Of a stretch of 64,000 nucleotides of DNA, positions 1-9,949 are shown piece by piece. The DNA is from a virus. Taxonomy: Duplodnaviria; Caudoviricetes. Position 1 is the stretch's first letter; each line of letters starts with the position of its first letter. The notes beneath the pieces are model-generated. The model was not told the DNA's origin, did no database searches, and saw only the letters and a program-made list of their open reading frames with translations. A program made the translations under genes and the position numbers. The stretch is taken from IMG/VR virus record IMGVR_UViG_3300037067_012588; one strand, written 5' to 3'.

Positions 1-185
1 ACATCCCATCATCGGTTTGCTTGACGAAAATGCCATAACACTTTCGACAAAGGCCTCCATAGCCTTTGGATACTTCGTATTTTCCGCACTCGGGACACAT
101 AATCTTCGTGGTCATGACTTTTCTCCTTCGGAAGATCATCGTCCGACAACAGAAAAAACTCTCAACAATCTTATAATTTTAGCCT

Positions 186-722
186 TCAATTCATCGTGTT
201 CTCAGGAACTTTCTTCCTCGCCTTTCTGATTATACCATCAGGCGAGCCAGCAAGAGGCGCAAAAAGTGGACCAACTGGAGCCAGCCGAACACTCTCTCCA
301 CTCTCGCACCACTCAAAACTGTAATACGGGTCCATCGACAAAAGACTCAGCCCTGATTGGGTAAACTTCTTCCCAATCGCCATACCAACAACCCTACCCC
401 AATGCCCCGTATTCTTCCCAATCTTCGTCAGAATGTCAACTGCCTTTTTGAGCTGGCCAAGAACTTCGTGGTCGATAACATCTGACTTCAATTCGACAGC
501 AAAACAGGTTGCCCCAGAATCGCCCTGTGAGGCGCACCAACGGTCTTGAAATACAAGGTCGGCTCTTTCATTGGTTCTGCTGTCAAGAACGTACTCACGC
601 CCACGCACGAACAATTTAGAGGCATCCAAACCAAATGCCTTGGCAAGGATGCCTTTGTTGCGCCATAAAATATCAATCATCCGTTTGTGTTCGCTGTTAT
701 TCTTTTCTTCCTCACCGCTCAT
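186..722 (-). CDS. PD-(D/E)XK nuclease-like protein (NucS/restriction-endonuclease-like)
   Basis: E...RADLVF...VELKS...LGQL pattern; start set at MSGEEE. Confidence 0.55.
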   Translation of the reverse strand: MSGEEEKNNSEHKRMIDILWRNKGILAKAFGLDASKLFVRGREYVLDSRTNERADLVFQDRWCASQGDSGATCFAVELKSDVIDHEVLGQLKKAVDILTKIGKNTGHWGRVVGMAIGKKFTQSGLSLLSMDPYYSFEWCESGESVRLAPVGPLFAPLAGSPDGIIRKARKKVPENTMN

Positions 723-1128
723 TGTCTTGCCTTTCCAAAAAACCATCTATAGGCATAATCGTTGCTGGAGATAATGAAAGCATAAATCCGACCTCAAGAA
801 TAATTGGAGATTCTTCCTCGGTTTCACTCAACGGAGCAATCCTGATATAGGCAATAACTGGACCAGCACCAAGAGTACAATAAGCACTGTCATCTTCGCC
901 ATCCAACTCAAAAGAACGACAAAGAGAAACTCCAAGGGCTTCGCAAAACATAGCAATCTCTTGCTCGTTTGGAACAATCTCTTCTGTACAACCTTGGCTT
1001 CCTTCAAAGGTACAACGAATCTTCAAATCCCTCAACCAAAAAATATTTGCTGATTCCTTCGCAAATTCACGAGCCTTCAAGGAAAAAGCAGATTCGATAG
1101 CTCCCTTGTTCAACTTTATTTCTGACAT
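712..1128 (-). CDS. hypothetical protein
   Basis: 138-aa ORF, GGAG RBS, coupled to neighbours. Confidence 0.6.
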   Translation of the reverse strand: MSEIKLNKGAIESAFSLKAREFAKESANIFWLRDLKIRCTFEGSQGCTEEIVPNEQEIAMFCEALGVSLCRSFELDGEDDSAYCTLGAGPVIAYIRIAPLSETEEESPIILEVGFMLSLSPATIMPIDGFLERQDNER

Positions 1129-1406
1129 TATTTACCCTCCATATTTTTTGCGACAGCTAGAACTGCAGCAATCTTCTGTGAACGAAATAACTTCTTCACC
1201 TTACGCTCAAAACGGAGGGCATCACCTTTCTCAAACACATTACCTGTCCATGCAACAAGCACAACGGGAATACGCTTAGATGTATACTTCGCACCCTTCC
1301 CCTTGTTATGTGTCCCTATTCGCTTCTCGACATTATTCGTCGCACCACAATACAACGTTCCATCCGAGCAACGAACTAGATACACACCCCACTTGTCGCA
1401 AGTCAT
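1128..1406 (-). CDS. GIY-YIG nuclease family protein (UPF0213/YhbQ-like)
   Basis: VYLVRCSDGTLYCGATNNVEKRIGTHNKGKGAKYT..RIPV. Confidence 0.9.
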   Translation of the reverse strand: MTCDKWGVYLVRCSDGTLYCGATNNVEKRIGTHNKGKGAKYTSKRIPVVLVAWTGNVFEKGDALRFERKVKKLFRSQKIAAVLAVAKNMEGK

Positions 1407-1445
1407 AATAGCCTCCTATCATACGCAAAACTATAGAAAAATGTA

Positions 1446-1479
1446 ACAAACCCCTCTCGTTAGAAAGGGGTCTGTTTTT
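1446..1479. terminator. intrinsic terminator-like hairpin
   Basis: imperfect ACAAACCCCT...AGGGGTCTGT inverted repeat with a T-run, downstream of the 1503-2894 gene. Confidence 0.55.
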
Positions 1480-1502
1480 GATATCTCAGTTGTCTCATTA
1501 TC

Positions 1503-2894
1503 TCACTCGTCAAAGCCACTCTCAGGAGCCAAGACCTTCACCTCAGGTTTCTTCCCATCCTTAAAATCCTGCAACACCTTCTGATACTGCTCCTGCGTTA
1601 TCAAACCACTCTTGAACTCGTTGCGAGCTTGCTTCACTTCGGGAGACATGTAAGCTTTTCTGAACCCCTCGGAACACTCGGAATCCTTGCCATATACTTC
1701 TTCATTAACCTTGTGGTATGCCTTCAAGTAAATGCTGTCAGGAGTCAAGCTCTCCTCATACGCCCGCTTCTCAGCACCGTACAGCTTCCGCTCATCACTC
1801 AACTCACCCTTCAAAGGCAAACCCTTATAGAACACCTTCGATACCAACATCCGGTCGTACACCTTGACCAGCTTCTTGCCCTTCTTGTAAGGCTTTACCT
1901 TTACATCTTCCGATTCAAACCCTTGAACGGAACTATATTTGTCACCTACAAAAATCAAACTCGCAACACTACTACCCGATCCAAACTTAATCCCTGCACC
2001 ATCAAACCCATACAAAACCAACGACCGAAAAAACTTTGCCTTCTGTCCACGATTGTTTTCAAGACTTATCTGCAACCACTCGCAAGCCAAACCGTCCTCA
2101 AGGTTCTTCACAACCTCAATCAAGGTCAGAAGACATTCCAGTCTGCTCGTCGGAACAGGACGATATTCAAACGTATACCCCTGCTTGCCGAAATACGAAA
2201 CCAAGCCCGTTTGCGGTTCGCCTGTGCGAAGGTCGCCAAGACCTGCACCAGAGCTATAGATGCTTTGCTCAAGCGTGCGGTAATTCGGCTTCTGGTTAAT
2301 CGATGTCAGCATTCCGTAGGTGTATGCAACGTTGCCAACAAGGTCTCCATAACCAGTATATTGGTAAGGCTTCAGGTTGGTGATGTGGCAGCTTGGGCGG
2401 CTGGCTTCAAGACAAACAACTTCAAACCATGTTTCGTATTTATCTTCGACATTTGACCCTTTTGCGTTTTTATACTTGTGGATTACGATTTCGTTTTTGT
2501 GCTTAACCTCAGTGTTGTCCTTGTCGGTCGAAAGCAGGACGCCGTCCTTGAAGTTCTTCAGGTGAACCGCAACAGACTTTGTGCAACGACGATCAGTCGT
2601 GATTCCTGCCCATCGAGGCGCAGGGTTGCCTTCATCAAAGATGATTTCAGCAACATCCGTCATTTTGATTTCGCCACCTGTACGCTTCTCGTCCTTCTTG
2701 GCGTCTGCATTAATGACGTCGGCGTATACGAGGACGTCGGTTTTAAGTTCGGTGTTGATGTAAAGCACGTCGCCCGTAATGGTTTTGCCATCTTTCATCA
2801 CGATACGGTCGTAAAAGTGCTGGTCTTGTGTATCCGCAGCGAACGCTGGGAGTGTGGCGAGGGCAAGCAGTATTGCAGTGATATAGCGTTTCAT
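1503..2894 (-). CDS. secreted protein, unknown function
   Basis: Sec signal MKRYITAILLALATLPAFA-A; DRIVMKDGKTITG beta motif; GGAG RBS before 2894. Confidence 0.75.
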   Translation of the reverse strand: MKRYITAILLALATLPAFAADTQDQHFYDRIVMKDGKTITGDVLYINTELKTDVLVYADVINADAKKDEKRTGGEIKMTDVAEIIFDEGNPAPRWAGITTDRRCTKSVAVHLKNFKDGVLLSTDKDNTEVKHKNEIVIHKYKNAKGSNVEDKYETWFEVVCLEASRPSCHITNLKPYQYTGYGDLVGNVAYTYGMLTSINQKPNYRTLEQSIYSSGAGLGDLRTGEPQTGLVSYFGKQGYTFEYRPVPTSRLECLLTLIEVVKNLEDGLACEWLQISLENNRGQKAKFFRSLVLYGFDGAGIKFGSGSSVASLIFVGDKYSSVQGFESEDVKVKPYKKGKKLVKVYDRMLVSKVFYKGLPLKGELSDERKLYGAEKRAYEESLTPDSIYLKAYHKVNEEVYGKDSECSEGFRKAYMSPEVKQARNEFKSGLITQEQYQKVLQDFKDGKKPEVKVLAPESGFDE

Positions 2895-3189
2895 CGTATA
2901 TTCCTCCAGTTTACGGGTGGCAACCATAGCCTCCCCATCTAAAGGAATATCGTCCAACTTGGGAAAAATTGTGTAAAATTCCGACACAATCTCTACATGT
3001 CGGAATAATCTTTTCCATCACAATAACAACATACCCCATCAACAAGCCTGCTATTACAACAAACACAACCACGATTTCTACGCATGGATTCATCAGAAAG
3101 CTTTTTGACGACAGAGCTTAGAACTTCGTCATGCTCGATATACGGATACAAAAACCTCTGAAGCCTCTCGATTTGTTCATCAGTAAGCT

Positions 3190-3534
3190 TCATCCGTTTC
3201 CTTTCTTTTTCTGACAGCAAGAACAACAAGATGTTGAAACATTGCCCGTCTGAGGTTTTGGAGCTGGAGGACGGCGAGACAACGGTTTCTTACCAATACC
3301 TCCTTTTTTCACAGACCCCTCTCGAATTGGCATATCCATCCGCTTCTTCATCAACTCGGCAGAGGCAGCCTCAAACCAAGGGCAGTCATTGTTATTATTC
3401 AACTCATACGGGTCAGTACAACCGATAAATAACCTGAAGAAGAAAAGATCTATCTGATAAATATTCGGAGATTTGCACTTTGTAGAACAATCAGAGAGAT
3501 ACTTACACTCAGGACAATAAACCTCTATCATCAA
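3190..3534 (-). CDS. Cys-rich hypothetical protein
   Basis: CPECKY...C...CPWFE; possible distant member of the Cys4 family. Confidence 0.5.
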   Translation of the reverse strand: MMIEVYCPECKYLSDCSTKCKSPNIYQIDLFFFRLFIGCTDPYELNNNNDCPWFEAASAELMKKRMDMPIREGSVKKGGIGKKPLSRRPPAPKPQTGNVSTSCCSCCQKKKGNG

Positions 3535-3962
3535 TTTCTCCTTTTTAGGTTTTCAATGGCAACAGCCTGACTCTCGATTGTCAGCTTTGCCCGACGAATC
3601 AAAACCAGAGAATGACGCTGGTTTAATGTCGGATTGAATGTGTTATCTCCAATAATCGGAGGCAAATCTCCCAAGTGCGTTTCAATCGTATGCTGAAGGT
3701 CCGTGATATCACAGGCAGCCTCGCTCCATGAATCTTTGACCTCTTTGAGAAGAGCTTCCTGTTCGTCAAATTTCTTTCTCAGACACACGGGACATTCTAC
3801 CTCTTGCATGTTGAGTGGATAATCACGACAACGAACAAAAACCTTTCCGCTGCCCCAACACATCTCACAAGGCTCTTCCATCGGTGTGTCGTCAAGCGTC
3901 AAACCATGAGCTGAAAAATCACGGTTGTCGCTTTCACCAGTGATAGGATCAGGAATCACCAT
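3531..3962 (-). CDS. hypothetical protein with DnaJ-like zinc knuckle
   Basis: CEMCWGSG...CPVC followed by coiled coil. Confidence 0.55.
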   Translation of the reverse strand: MVIPDPITGESDNRDFSAHGLTLDDTPMEEPCEMCWGSGKVFVRCRDYPLNMQEVECPVCLRKKFDEQEALLKEVKDSWSEAACDITDLQHTIETHLGDLPPIIGDNTFNPTLNQRHSLVLIRRAKLTIESQAVAIENLKRRN

Positions 3963-4530
3963 TTTCAGAACTCCTCACGAAACGTTTTGGCTCAAGAATG
4001 ATTCGTTTCTTTCCAGGCAAATACGACACAACACCGAAAGCATCAAGAGATTTGTTCAACTCATCGATAGCATTGAGAATGTCCTCCGAAAGCTCAATGT
4101 TATCTACGAGCATATCATTCCACATTTCTTCATCAGCATGATGAAGATACTCTGGAATACAATCGACAAGTCGAAGGCTGTAAGGATCAATCTCTTTCCG
4201 CTCGCAATGTTCTACAAGGTCATCCGCAGAGAAGAAATAGTTGCTTCCATCAATCTCGCAAATTGGCTCTTTCTCGTTCCACACCTTTTCTGGCATGGCA
4301 AGCCAACGAGTTTTTTCCTTCTCGTCCTTGCAAGCATCACAAAACACACGACTCTTCGGAATGATTGCTCCACACTCGCACCTTACATGTGTTGCCCCAG
4401 CATAACGAGCAGCATCCTCATCCTGAAAGCATTGCTTACCATCAGCCGTCCACCATCCAGTGACAGGACGAGTCTCGAAAACGGCAGCCATATCTGGTGT
4501 GATTATTTCATCAACCATTTTAATCGTCAT
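3949..4530 (-). CDS. phage hypothetical protein with zinc ribbon
   Basis: GWW..DG..F.DE.AARYAGATH..C.CG...CDAC. Confidence 0.6.
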   Translation of the reverse strand: MTIKMVDEIITPDMAAVFETRPVTGWWTADGKQCFQDEDAARYAGATHVRCECGAIIPKSRVFCDACKDEKEKTRWLAMPEKVWNEKEPICEIDGSNYFFSADDLVEHCERKEIDPYSLRLVDCIPEYLHHADEEMWNDMLVDNIELSEDILNAIDELNKSLDAFGVVSYLPGKKRIILEPKRFVRSSENGDS

Positions 4531-4729
4531 CCTCTCCAAGATCGCCAAGTTCAACCTCAGAAACATCAATGCTGACCGACCCATCAACATCGTCAACAAA
4601 AACCTCGACCATCGGACACTTGGCTCCAAAGTCGCCGACAAAATCGTGGTCTTTAAAGGGCTCCAAAAGTGCTATAAGGTCTGCAACCTTATAGACCAAG
4701 TTGGAAGCGAGTTGTGAAGACGAACTCAT
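4520..4729 (-). CDS. hypothetical protein (paralog of the N-terminus of 4752-5222)
   Basis: shared DLI.LLE.F...P.V.V.VD..DG pattern. Confidence 0.5.
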   Translation of the reverse strand: MSSSSQLASNLVYKVADLIALLEPFKDHDFVGDFGAKCPMVEVFVDDVDGSVSIDVSEVELGDLGEDDD

Positions 4730-4751
4730 TGATAGCTCCTTTCGCCTACTT

Positions 4752-5222
4752 TCAACGACAATTCGGACATACAAAGAAACCATCGAAGTTCGTCAAAAGA
4801 TAATCAGGAAAAACCTCCCAACATTGCTCACAACAACGAGTAGAAGGACCAGTACGTTCAAACCTAACAACTTCTTTCTCTTTCAAATGAGGCATGTTTT
4901 TTTCGACATATTTGTTAATATGATAGTTGGCAACGCAAGACGTACAAAGATAAATTCCATCAATGCTCGTCAGTAGATCATGGGAGTCGACAGGTTCTCC
5001 GCACTGATCGCAAACAACAGACTCATCATTTTTCGCAGATTCAACTTCGCCAGCATCCATGTCGAGGAAAGCATCACCAGTATCCTCATCCACCCACACA
5101 CGAATCAACGGAGAGCCAGAACTCCAATTGCTGACGAGCTTCCGACCTCGGAAACTTTCTAACATTCCAATCAAATCGTCAATCGTTCTGGCTGAACTTT
5201 CAAAAGCCAACTTATCACTCAT
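4752..5222 (-). CDS. hypothetical protein with two zinc ribbons
   Basis: CDQC...CTSC and CEQC...CPNC. Confidence 0.6.
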   Translation of the reverse strand: MSDKLAFESSARTIDDLIGMLESFRGRKLVSNWSSGSPLIRVWVDEDTGDAFLDMDAGEVESAKNDESVVCDQCGEPVDSHDLLTSIDGIYLCTSCVANYHINKYVEKNMPHLKEKEVVRFERTGPSTRCCEQCWEVFPDYLLTNFDGFFVCPNCR

Positions 5223-5262
5223 GCTGTTTCTCCTCGGTTGGTGTGTTGATTATACGCCTTCG

Positions 5263-5523
5263 TCAGTCTTCCTCGAATGTCAATTCTCCAAGAACGTCTG
5301 TCTTTGGAGGCAGACGCTCCAGCAACAGCTTTGTCGCTTTGTCAACCGTTGGAGGAACAAACTGATAAGGGTCATCGTTGAAGCCAAGCTCACCGCTCTT
5401 TATAGCCTTGGCAAATTTCTTTGTGGCTTCGTTTCTTCCTTCGTGTCTGATAAGTCGAAGGTCTTCAGTTGAGAATGTCCGCATTTGTGAAGTCGTTGGG
5501 TTGAACGGTTCTTCTTCGCTCAT
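5263..5523 (-). CDS. hypothetical protein
   Basis: 86-aa ORF with RBS. Confidence 0.55.
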   Translation of the reverse strand: MSEEEPFNPTTSQMRTFSTEDLRLIRHEGRNEATKKFAKAIKSGELGFNDDPYQFVPPTVDKATKLLLERLPPKTDVLGELTFEED

Positions 5524-5546
5524 GGCTGGATTCCTTTATAGCAAAA

Positions 5547-7115
5547 TTATTCACTGATGCATATCAAATTGGTCTTGTATTCCCAACCCCAACCATACTT
5601 CCCACACAAACCACTCATAAACACTTCCATCGTTACATTCTTCGCCTCATATTCCACAATACTGTCCGCATTCTCACTGAACCTCAACGAACCCTTCGAC
5701 GAATCAAGCATCTGAACGTTCGTCTGCCGAGATATTTCGAGGAACAAATCCTGCTGCTTGCAGTTAATCTTTATCGATACCTTCTTCTGAAGAATACTCG
5801 CCATCTGTGCATCCTTCGTGATTTTGCCCTTAATCGGCATCGGGTTCGCAACCGCTTCCAACTTCTTCGGCTCAAGAGACTTCGCTACCGCCGCTGCCTT
5901 GGCAACATCAACAACGGGCGCTTCCTTCGCAACAACCTTGGCGGCATACTTCTCAGCTTCCGCTGCGCCCTGAAGCGTAATCTCCCACTCACCAGTCTGT
6001 ACTGGAACCAGCTTGGCTGCATCACACACCTGCCAAACCAACTTCCGAACAGGAAGGCTGTCCGTTACCATTTTGACGGCAAGGCTACTGTCAACGCCCT
6101 CGCCAACTTTGACGGTTATGAAGCTCTTGTTGAAAAGGTCTTCACAAGCCGCCTGAAGCGTTCCTTCGTATTTGACTGCGGCAGTCTTGGCAAGAGCCTT
6201 GTCAAAGGTCAGGACTCTCTCGTAAGGATAGTTGTTCGGGTTTTCCTTGTCCTTCTCGGTTAGCAGGGTTCTGCCTTCACACATAACATCCATCTCGCAA
6301 AGACCATTCTTCTCCATCGCTGCAATGATGTCCTTAATCAGCATTTCCTTCTTGTTGTATTTGGCGTCAAGACAAAGGAAGGTCATTTTCTTCAAGTCGT
6401 ATCCGACAAGCTGAAGCTGCGTTTTGCCAGCCGTGACACCAACAGGGCGTCCACGAAGAAGCGTGTTCAGGATGTCAACTTGAACTCGTGCCTTATCAAT
6501 TGACGTTGCGAAGGGACTCTGCGTTGTCCCTTCTGACTTTATCGTAGGACGGGCAAGCTTGATGCACTTGGCTTGCGTATCGGCAACCGATGTCAATTGT
6601 GTCCGAAGGGATGCTTCATTCTTGACCTCAACGTTGTAATACTTGAGCAGCTCGATATAGAAGTCGGCGTTGTCTTTGGCTTCGATTCCGATGTCGATAA
6701 TCTTTTTGCTGTCGCAGACAGGTCCAAAGAGGAAGACTCGGTTCGGCTTCAAGTCGAAGGTGACTTCTTTTCCCGTTTCGAGGTCAGCGGCATAAATGCG
6801 TTTTTCTTTGCCGTCGTATTTGATTGCTTTGGCGAACTTGCCGTGCTTGCCGTCTTCGTGTTCAACGAACATGAGACGTCCGGGCTTGGTGAAAAACACC
6901 ATCGTGTAAGCGGTTCCAGTGGTTAAATCACCCTCATAGGTTCTTTTGAAGTCATTGTCGGAGTTTAATGTGCAGTATTTTTCCGATGTGATTTTGACAA
7001 CAAATGCACCATCTCCACCCTTTCGTTGGGCTCTCCCATCAGTCGCAAAAATCTCATCAGCCACGGCGTTTGTGGCAAGAAGGGAAAGAATCATCGCAAG
7101 AAGTGTGTTTTTCAT
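5547..7115 (-). CDS. secreted multi-domain protein, possible STN-like C-terminal domains
   Basis: signal MKNTLLAMILSLLATNAVA-D; GRPV...LVGYD...FLCLD segment; LQKKVSI..N.....F.EISRQTNV repeat-like domain. Confidence 0.7.
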   Translation of the reverse strand: MKNTLLAMILSLLATNAVADEIFATDGRAQRKGGDGAFVVKITSEKYCTLNSDNDFKRTYEGDLTTGTAYTMVFFTKPGRLMFVEHEDGKHGKFAKAIKYDGKEKRIYAADLETGKEVTFDLKPNRVFLFGPVCDSKKIIDIGIEAKDNADFYIELLKYYNVEVKNEASLRTQLTSVADTQAKCIKLARPTIKSEGTTQSPFATSIDKARVQVDILNTLLRGRPVGVTAGKTQLQLVGYDLKKMTFLCLDAKYNKKEMLIKDIIAAMEKNGLCEMDVMCEGRTLLTEKDKENPNNYPYERVLTFDKALAKTAAVKYEGTLQAACEDLFNKSFITVKVGEGVDSSLAVKMVTDSLPVRKLVWQVCDAAKLVPVQTGEWEITLQGAAEAEKYAAKVVAKEAPVVDVAKAAAVAKSLEPKKLEAVANPMPIKGKITKDAQMASILQKKVSIKINCKQQDLFLEISRQTNVQMLDSSKGSLRFSENADSIVEYEAKNVTMEVFMSGLCGKYGWGWEYKTNLICISE

Positions 7116-7170
7116 CTCTGGGGTCTCCTTTTTCAGCATCATTGTGGCAAAAAACACTTTTTGCCTAAAG

Positions 7171-7205
7171 GAACATCGTCCCAGAGATGAAAAACTTGGC
7201 GAAAA
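7171..7205 (-). promoter_or_regulatory. GACGAT-box promoter-like motif
   Basis: gaacatcgtcccagagatgaaaaacttggcgaaa on +; intergenic copy of a motif recurring about 12 times. Confidence 0.5.
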
Positions 7206-7649
7206 TCACTTCTTTTTGTCAACTTTTTCTTCAAAAGCCTTAAACGCTTCGTCAATCTGGGAGGAATTCTTGTATTCAGCACGAATATCATCGCCCAATT
7301 GGTCAAGAGACTTGCCAGATTTCATGCGCAAAAACTTCTGAACCAAATTGTCAGACACTACCCGAAGCTGACAAACAGGACACAGTTCTGTCGGAATAAT
7401 ATCTTCTTCGCCATCGTCGTCGTCATCATCCTCGTCAGGCTCTTTGTCTTCATCGCCCTTGACGCCAGCTTCGATTATCGCCTTGTCCTTCTTGGAAAGA
7501 CAGCCATAATGAAAACAATGCCCTTTCGAACACTCCGTCATGTCGACATCGGAATAGGACAAATCCCAACCAGACTCAATCCCACCACAGATATCGCAGA
7601 CAAACGAGGACGAACTGCTGTTGCTGACAAAACCTTTTCTGAGCTTCAT
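7206..7649 (-). CDS. FVSNSSS-motif protein 1 (zinc-finger type)
   Basis: MKLRKGFVSNSSSSSF-VCDICG...CSKGHCFH..C...CPVC. Confidence 0.85.
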   Translation of the reverse strand: MKLRKGFVSNSSSSSFVCDICGGIESGWDLSYSDVDMTECSKGHCFHYGCLSKKDKAIIEAGVKGDEDKEPDEDDDDDDGEEDIIPTELCPVCQLRVVSDNLVQKFLRMKSGKSLDQLGDDIRAEYKNSSQIDEAFKAFEEKVDKKK

Positions 7650-7670
7650 TTGAATTCCCTTCTTGAAAAC

Positions 7671-8117
7671 TTATTTTTCCGTAACCACACCATACGCCTT
7701 GTTGAGTTCATCATAGTTCTTGTAGTTCGCCAAAATTTCTGCCTCGACAACCTTCACCGATTTTCCAGTAACGACATGGAGGTGCATCTTAACCATTTCA
7801 TCGGTGACGACATGAAGTTGACACACGGGACAAAACACGGCAGGAACCTCGCCATATTCGCAGTCGGCGAAAATCTTTTCAATCTCAGGGTTCGGCTCTG
7901 AATCATCTTCGTGTTTGCGAAGTTTTTCTTCGGCTTCTTCAAAAACCATCATATCTTTCTGAGGAACACATGACTTGTGAAAGCAATGTCCCCTCTTGCA
8001 CTCAACCATCTCGAAATCTCTCAAGCACATGTCTCGACCAGCTTCAACCGTGCCACAGATATCGCAAACGAAAGATGACGTTGAGCTATTTGATACGAAT
8101 CCTTTCCTGATCTTCAT
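7671..8117 (-). CDS. FVSNSSS-motif protein 2 (zinc-finger type)
   Basis: MKIRKGFVSNSSTSSF-VCDICG; paralog of 7206-7649. Confidence 0.85.
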   Translation of the reverse strand: MKIRKGFVSNSSTSSFVCDICGTVEAGRDMCLRDFEMVECKRGHCFHKSCVPQKDMMVFEEAEEKLRKHEDDSEPNPEIEKIFADCEYGEVPAVFCPVCQLHVVTDEMVKMHLHVVTGKSVKVVEAEILANYKNYDELNKAYGVVTEK

Positions 8118-8323
8118 TTCCTGAACTCCTTTTGTTGAGAAATAATATGCTCCATCCTGTATGGGCAATTTTCTGGAATCATCGAAACATCGGCACGAAC
8201 ATCAATGACGAAATCTCGATTTTGAATTTTGCAAACAATGACGGCAAAATGTTCTTTTTCAAACATGAACACTTCGTGTCCGACAAAGTATTTACAAACC
8301 TTGCAGATTGAAAACAGTATCAC
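8114..8323 (-). CDS. Cys4 CP[YF]xxE[HQ]-family protein
   Basis: ICKVC...C...CPYRMEHIIS. Confidence 0.65.
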   Translation of the reverse strand: MILFSICKVCKYFVGHEVFMFEKEHFAVIVCKIQNRDFVIDVRADVSMIPENCPYRMEHIISQQKEFRK

Positions 8324-8853
8324 GAGGCATATGTCCCACCGATAATCTTTGGTTTGACATCCTTGGCAATACCAAAGGCCTTACGAATCCTTTCAACCTT
8401 CTTGGCGACATCCTCGAAGTCAAAATCTTCTGAGCCAATACATCCTTCAGAAATATGTATTGGACTAAAACCAACAACAAATTTCCCATCAACAGGACTA
8501 CTCTCGCCCCAATGAAAGCTCAAATCAGGAAATCCTTCCATAACACTTTCGTGAATCTCCATACGAAGGTCATTGATTTTCTCTTTCGTTTTTGATTCGA
8601 TCCACATTGGCTTCCCACATACTGGGCAAAAATTGGTATCCATCTCAGCATGTTCACAACCACGAGACTTTTCTGGCTCGCCAAGAAGGAGTTTGTACTC
8701 ACTGATCTTCTTTTTGGTGTTAAAGTGTGTACGCTCACCAAACTCTTCAACAAGAGCAATGTCATCAATGGAGTCACATGAGTCGACAAGAAAACCAATA
8801 ACCACAAAGCTCGATGTTGAACTATTGCTGACAAAACCATCACGTATCTTCAT
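8320..8853 (-). CDS. FVSNSSS-motif protein 3
   Basis: MKIRDGFVSNSSTSSFVVIG; internal CEH...FCPVCG. Confidence 0.85.
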   Translation of the reverse strand: MKIRDGFVSNSSTSSFVVIGFLVDSCDSIDDIALVEEFGERTHFNTKKKISEYKLLLGEPEKSRGCEHAEMDTNFCPVCGKPMWIESKTKEKINDLRMEIHESVMEGFPDLSFHWGESSPVDGKFVVGFSPIHISEGCIGSEDFDFEDVAKKVERIRKAFGIAKDVKPKIIGGTYAS

Positions 8854-9128
8854 TCTATCACCTCGATTTTCTCTTCAAGAACACCAACCATATCTGTCAA
8901 CCAAGCGTGCATGTCAAAATTATCCATCCATGTCGACAGATGCCAAAAATCTTTCTTCTGATCAACAGTCCACTCGTCTTCGATGGAGTTGGTAATCCCC
9001 CACGATTTCTCTTGAGCCAAACGGAAATGATCGACAATCATTTCTTTTTGGTCACACGACAGCCCACGAACATCGACAATGAACGATGAAGAGGAACTAT
9101 TGGATACAAACCCCTGACGTGTTTTCAT
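8850..9128 (-). CDS. FVSNSSS-motif protein 4
   Basis: MKTRQGFVSNSSSSSFIV. Confidence 0.85.
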   Translation of the reverse strand: MKTRQGFVSNSSSSSFIVDVRGLSCDQKEMIVDHFRLAQEKSWGITNSIEDEWTVDQKKDFWHLSTWMDNFDMHAWLTDMVGVLEEKIEVIE

Positions 9129-9538
9129 AATTTCCCCCACATGGATGTAATAAATAAATCATCGCACTTGATAATCGTTTCACATTCTTCACCAGCATCC
9201 CGAAGCATAGGACCGAAGTCGTCATCATCAGAAGACGCTTCGAGCATATAGACAAAGGGAAGCCTCCCCGTAATCTCGTCGAACTTCTTTTTCTGCGCTT
9301 CACACGAGCCAGGTTCTTCGTATTCCCTATCACCGAACATTCTCTCAGCGATGTCTTCGAAGCTCTTTGTTTTCTTGTTGCCAATGATGAATTTTGCAAG
9401 GCTGGACAATATGTACTCTGCAGGATGTCCATCTGTATTAAGGCACTTGTTGATAAAGTCAATAGTCAGCTCTTCTCGACTGAAAACAACAAAACTCGAA
9501 GAGGAACTGTTGGATACGAACCCATGTCTCGTCTTCAT
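9125..9538 (-). CDS. FVSNSSS-motif protein 5
   Basis: MKTRHGFVSNSSSSSFVV. Confidence 0.85.
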   Translation of the reverse strand: MKTRHGFVSNSSSSSFVVFSREELTIDFINKCLNTDGHPAEYILSSLAKFIIGNKKTKSFEDIAERMFGDREYEEPGSCEAQKKKFDEITGRLPFVYMLEASSDDDDFGPMLRDAGEECETIIKCDDLFITSMWGKL

Positions 9539-9948
9539 GACATTCTCTTTCCTGAACGAATAACAGCTTCTGCGCTCTCTGGCAAACCAAGAACTTTGCG
9601 AATTTCCTCGGTAATCCTGATTGCCTCTGTCAAAGATGTTTTGCTTGAAAGAACACCTTCGTCAGACTCTTCATCCAAGATGAGATAACCAACAACGGTG
9701 AAACCTCTCTTAACAGCATACCCGTCTTCGCAGTCGCAATAAATGAAATCGTTTTCGTTTTCATTGTTGGCGTCATAGAGCATTTCCCTGCGGGCATCTT
9801 TATCTGCCTGCAAGAACGCATCCTTGTCAATATCTGGAAACAAATCAACAACCTTACTCATGTCGATTTGTTTCGTCGGGATATCAAACCCAACAAGAAT
9901 AAAACTTGATGAAGAGCTGTTACTGACAAATCCATTACGTCTTTTCAT
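9535..9948 (-). CDS. FVSNSSS-motif protein 6
   Basis: MKRRNGFVSNSSSSSFILVG. Confidence 0.85.
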   Translation of the reverse strand: MKRRNGFVSNSSSSSFILVGFDIPTKQIDMSKVVDLFPDIDKDAFLQADKDARREMLYDANNENENDFIYCDCEDGYAVKRGFTVVGYLILDEESDEGVLSSKTSLTEAIRITEEIRKVLGLPESAEAVIRSGKRMS

Positions 9949-9949
9949 G

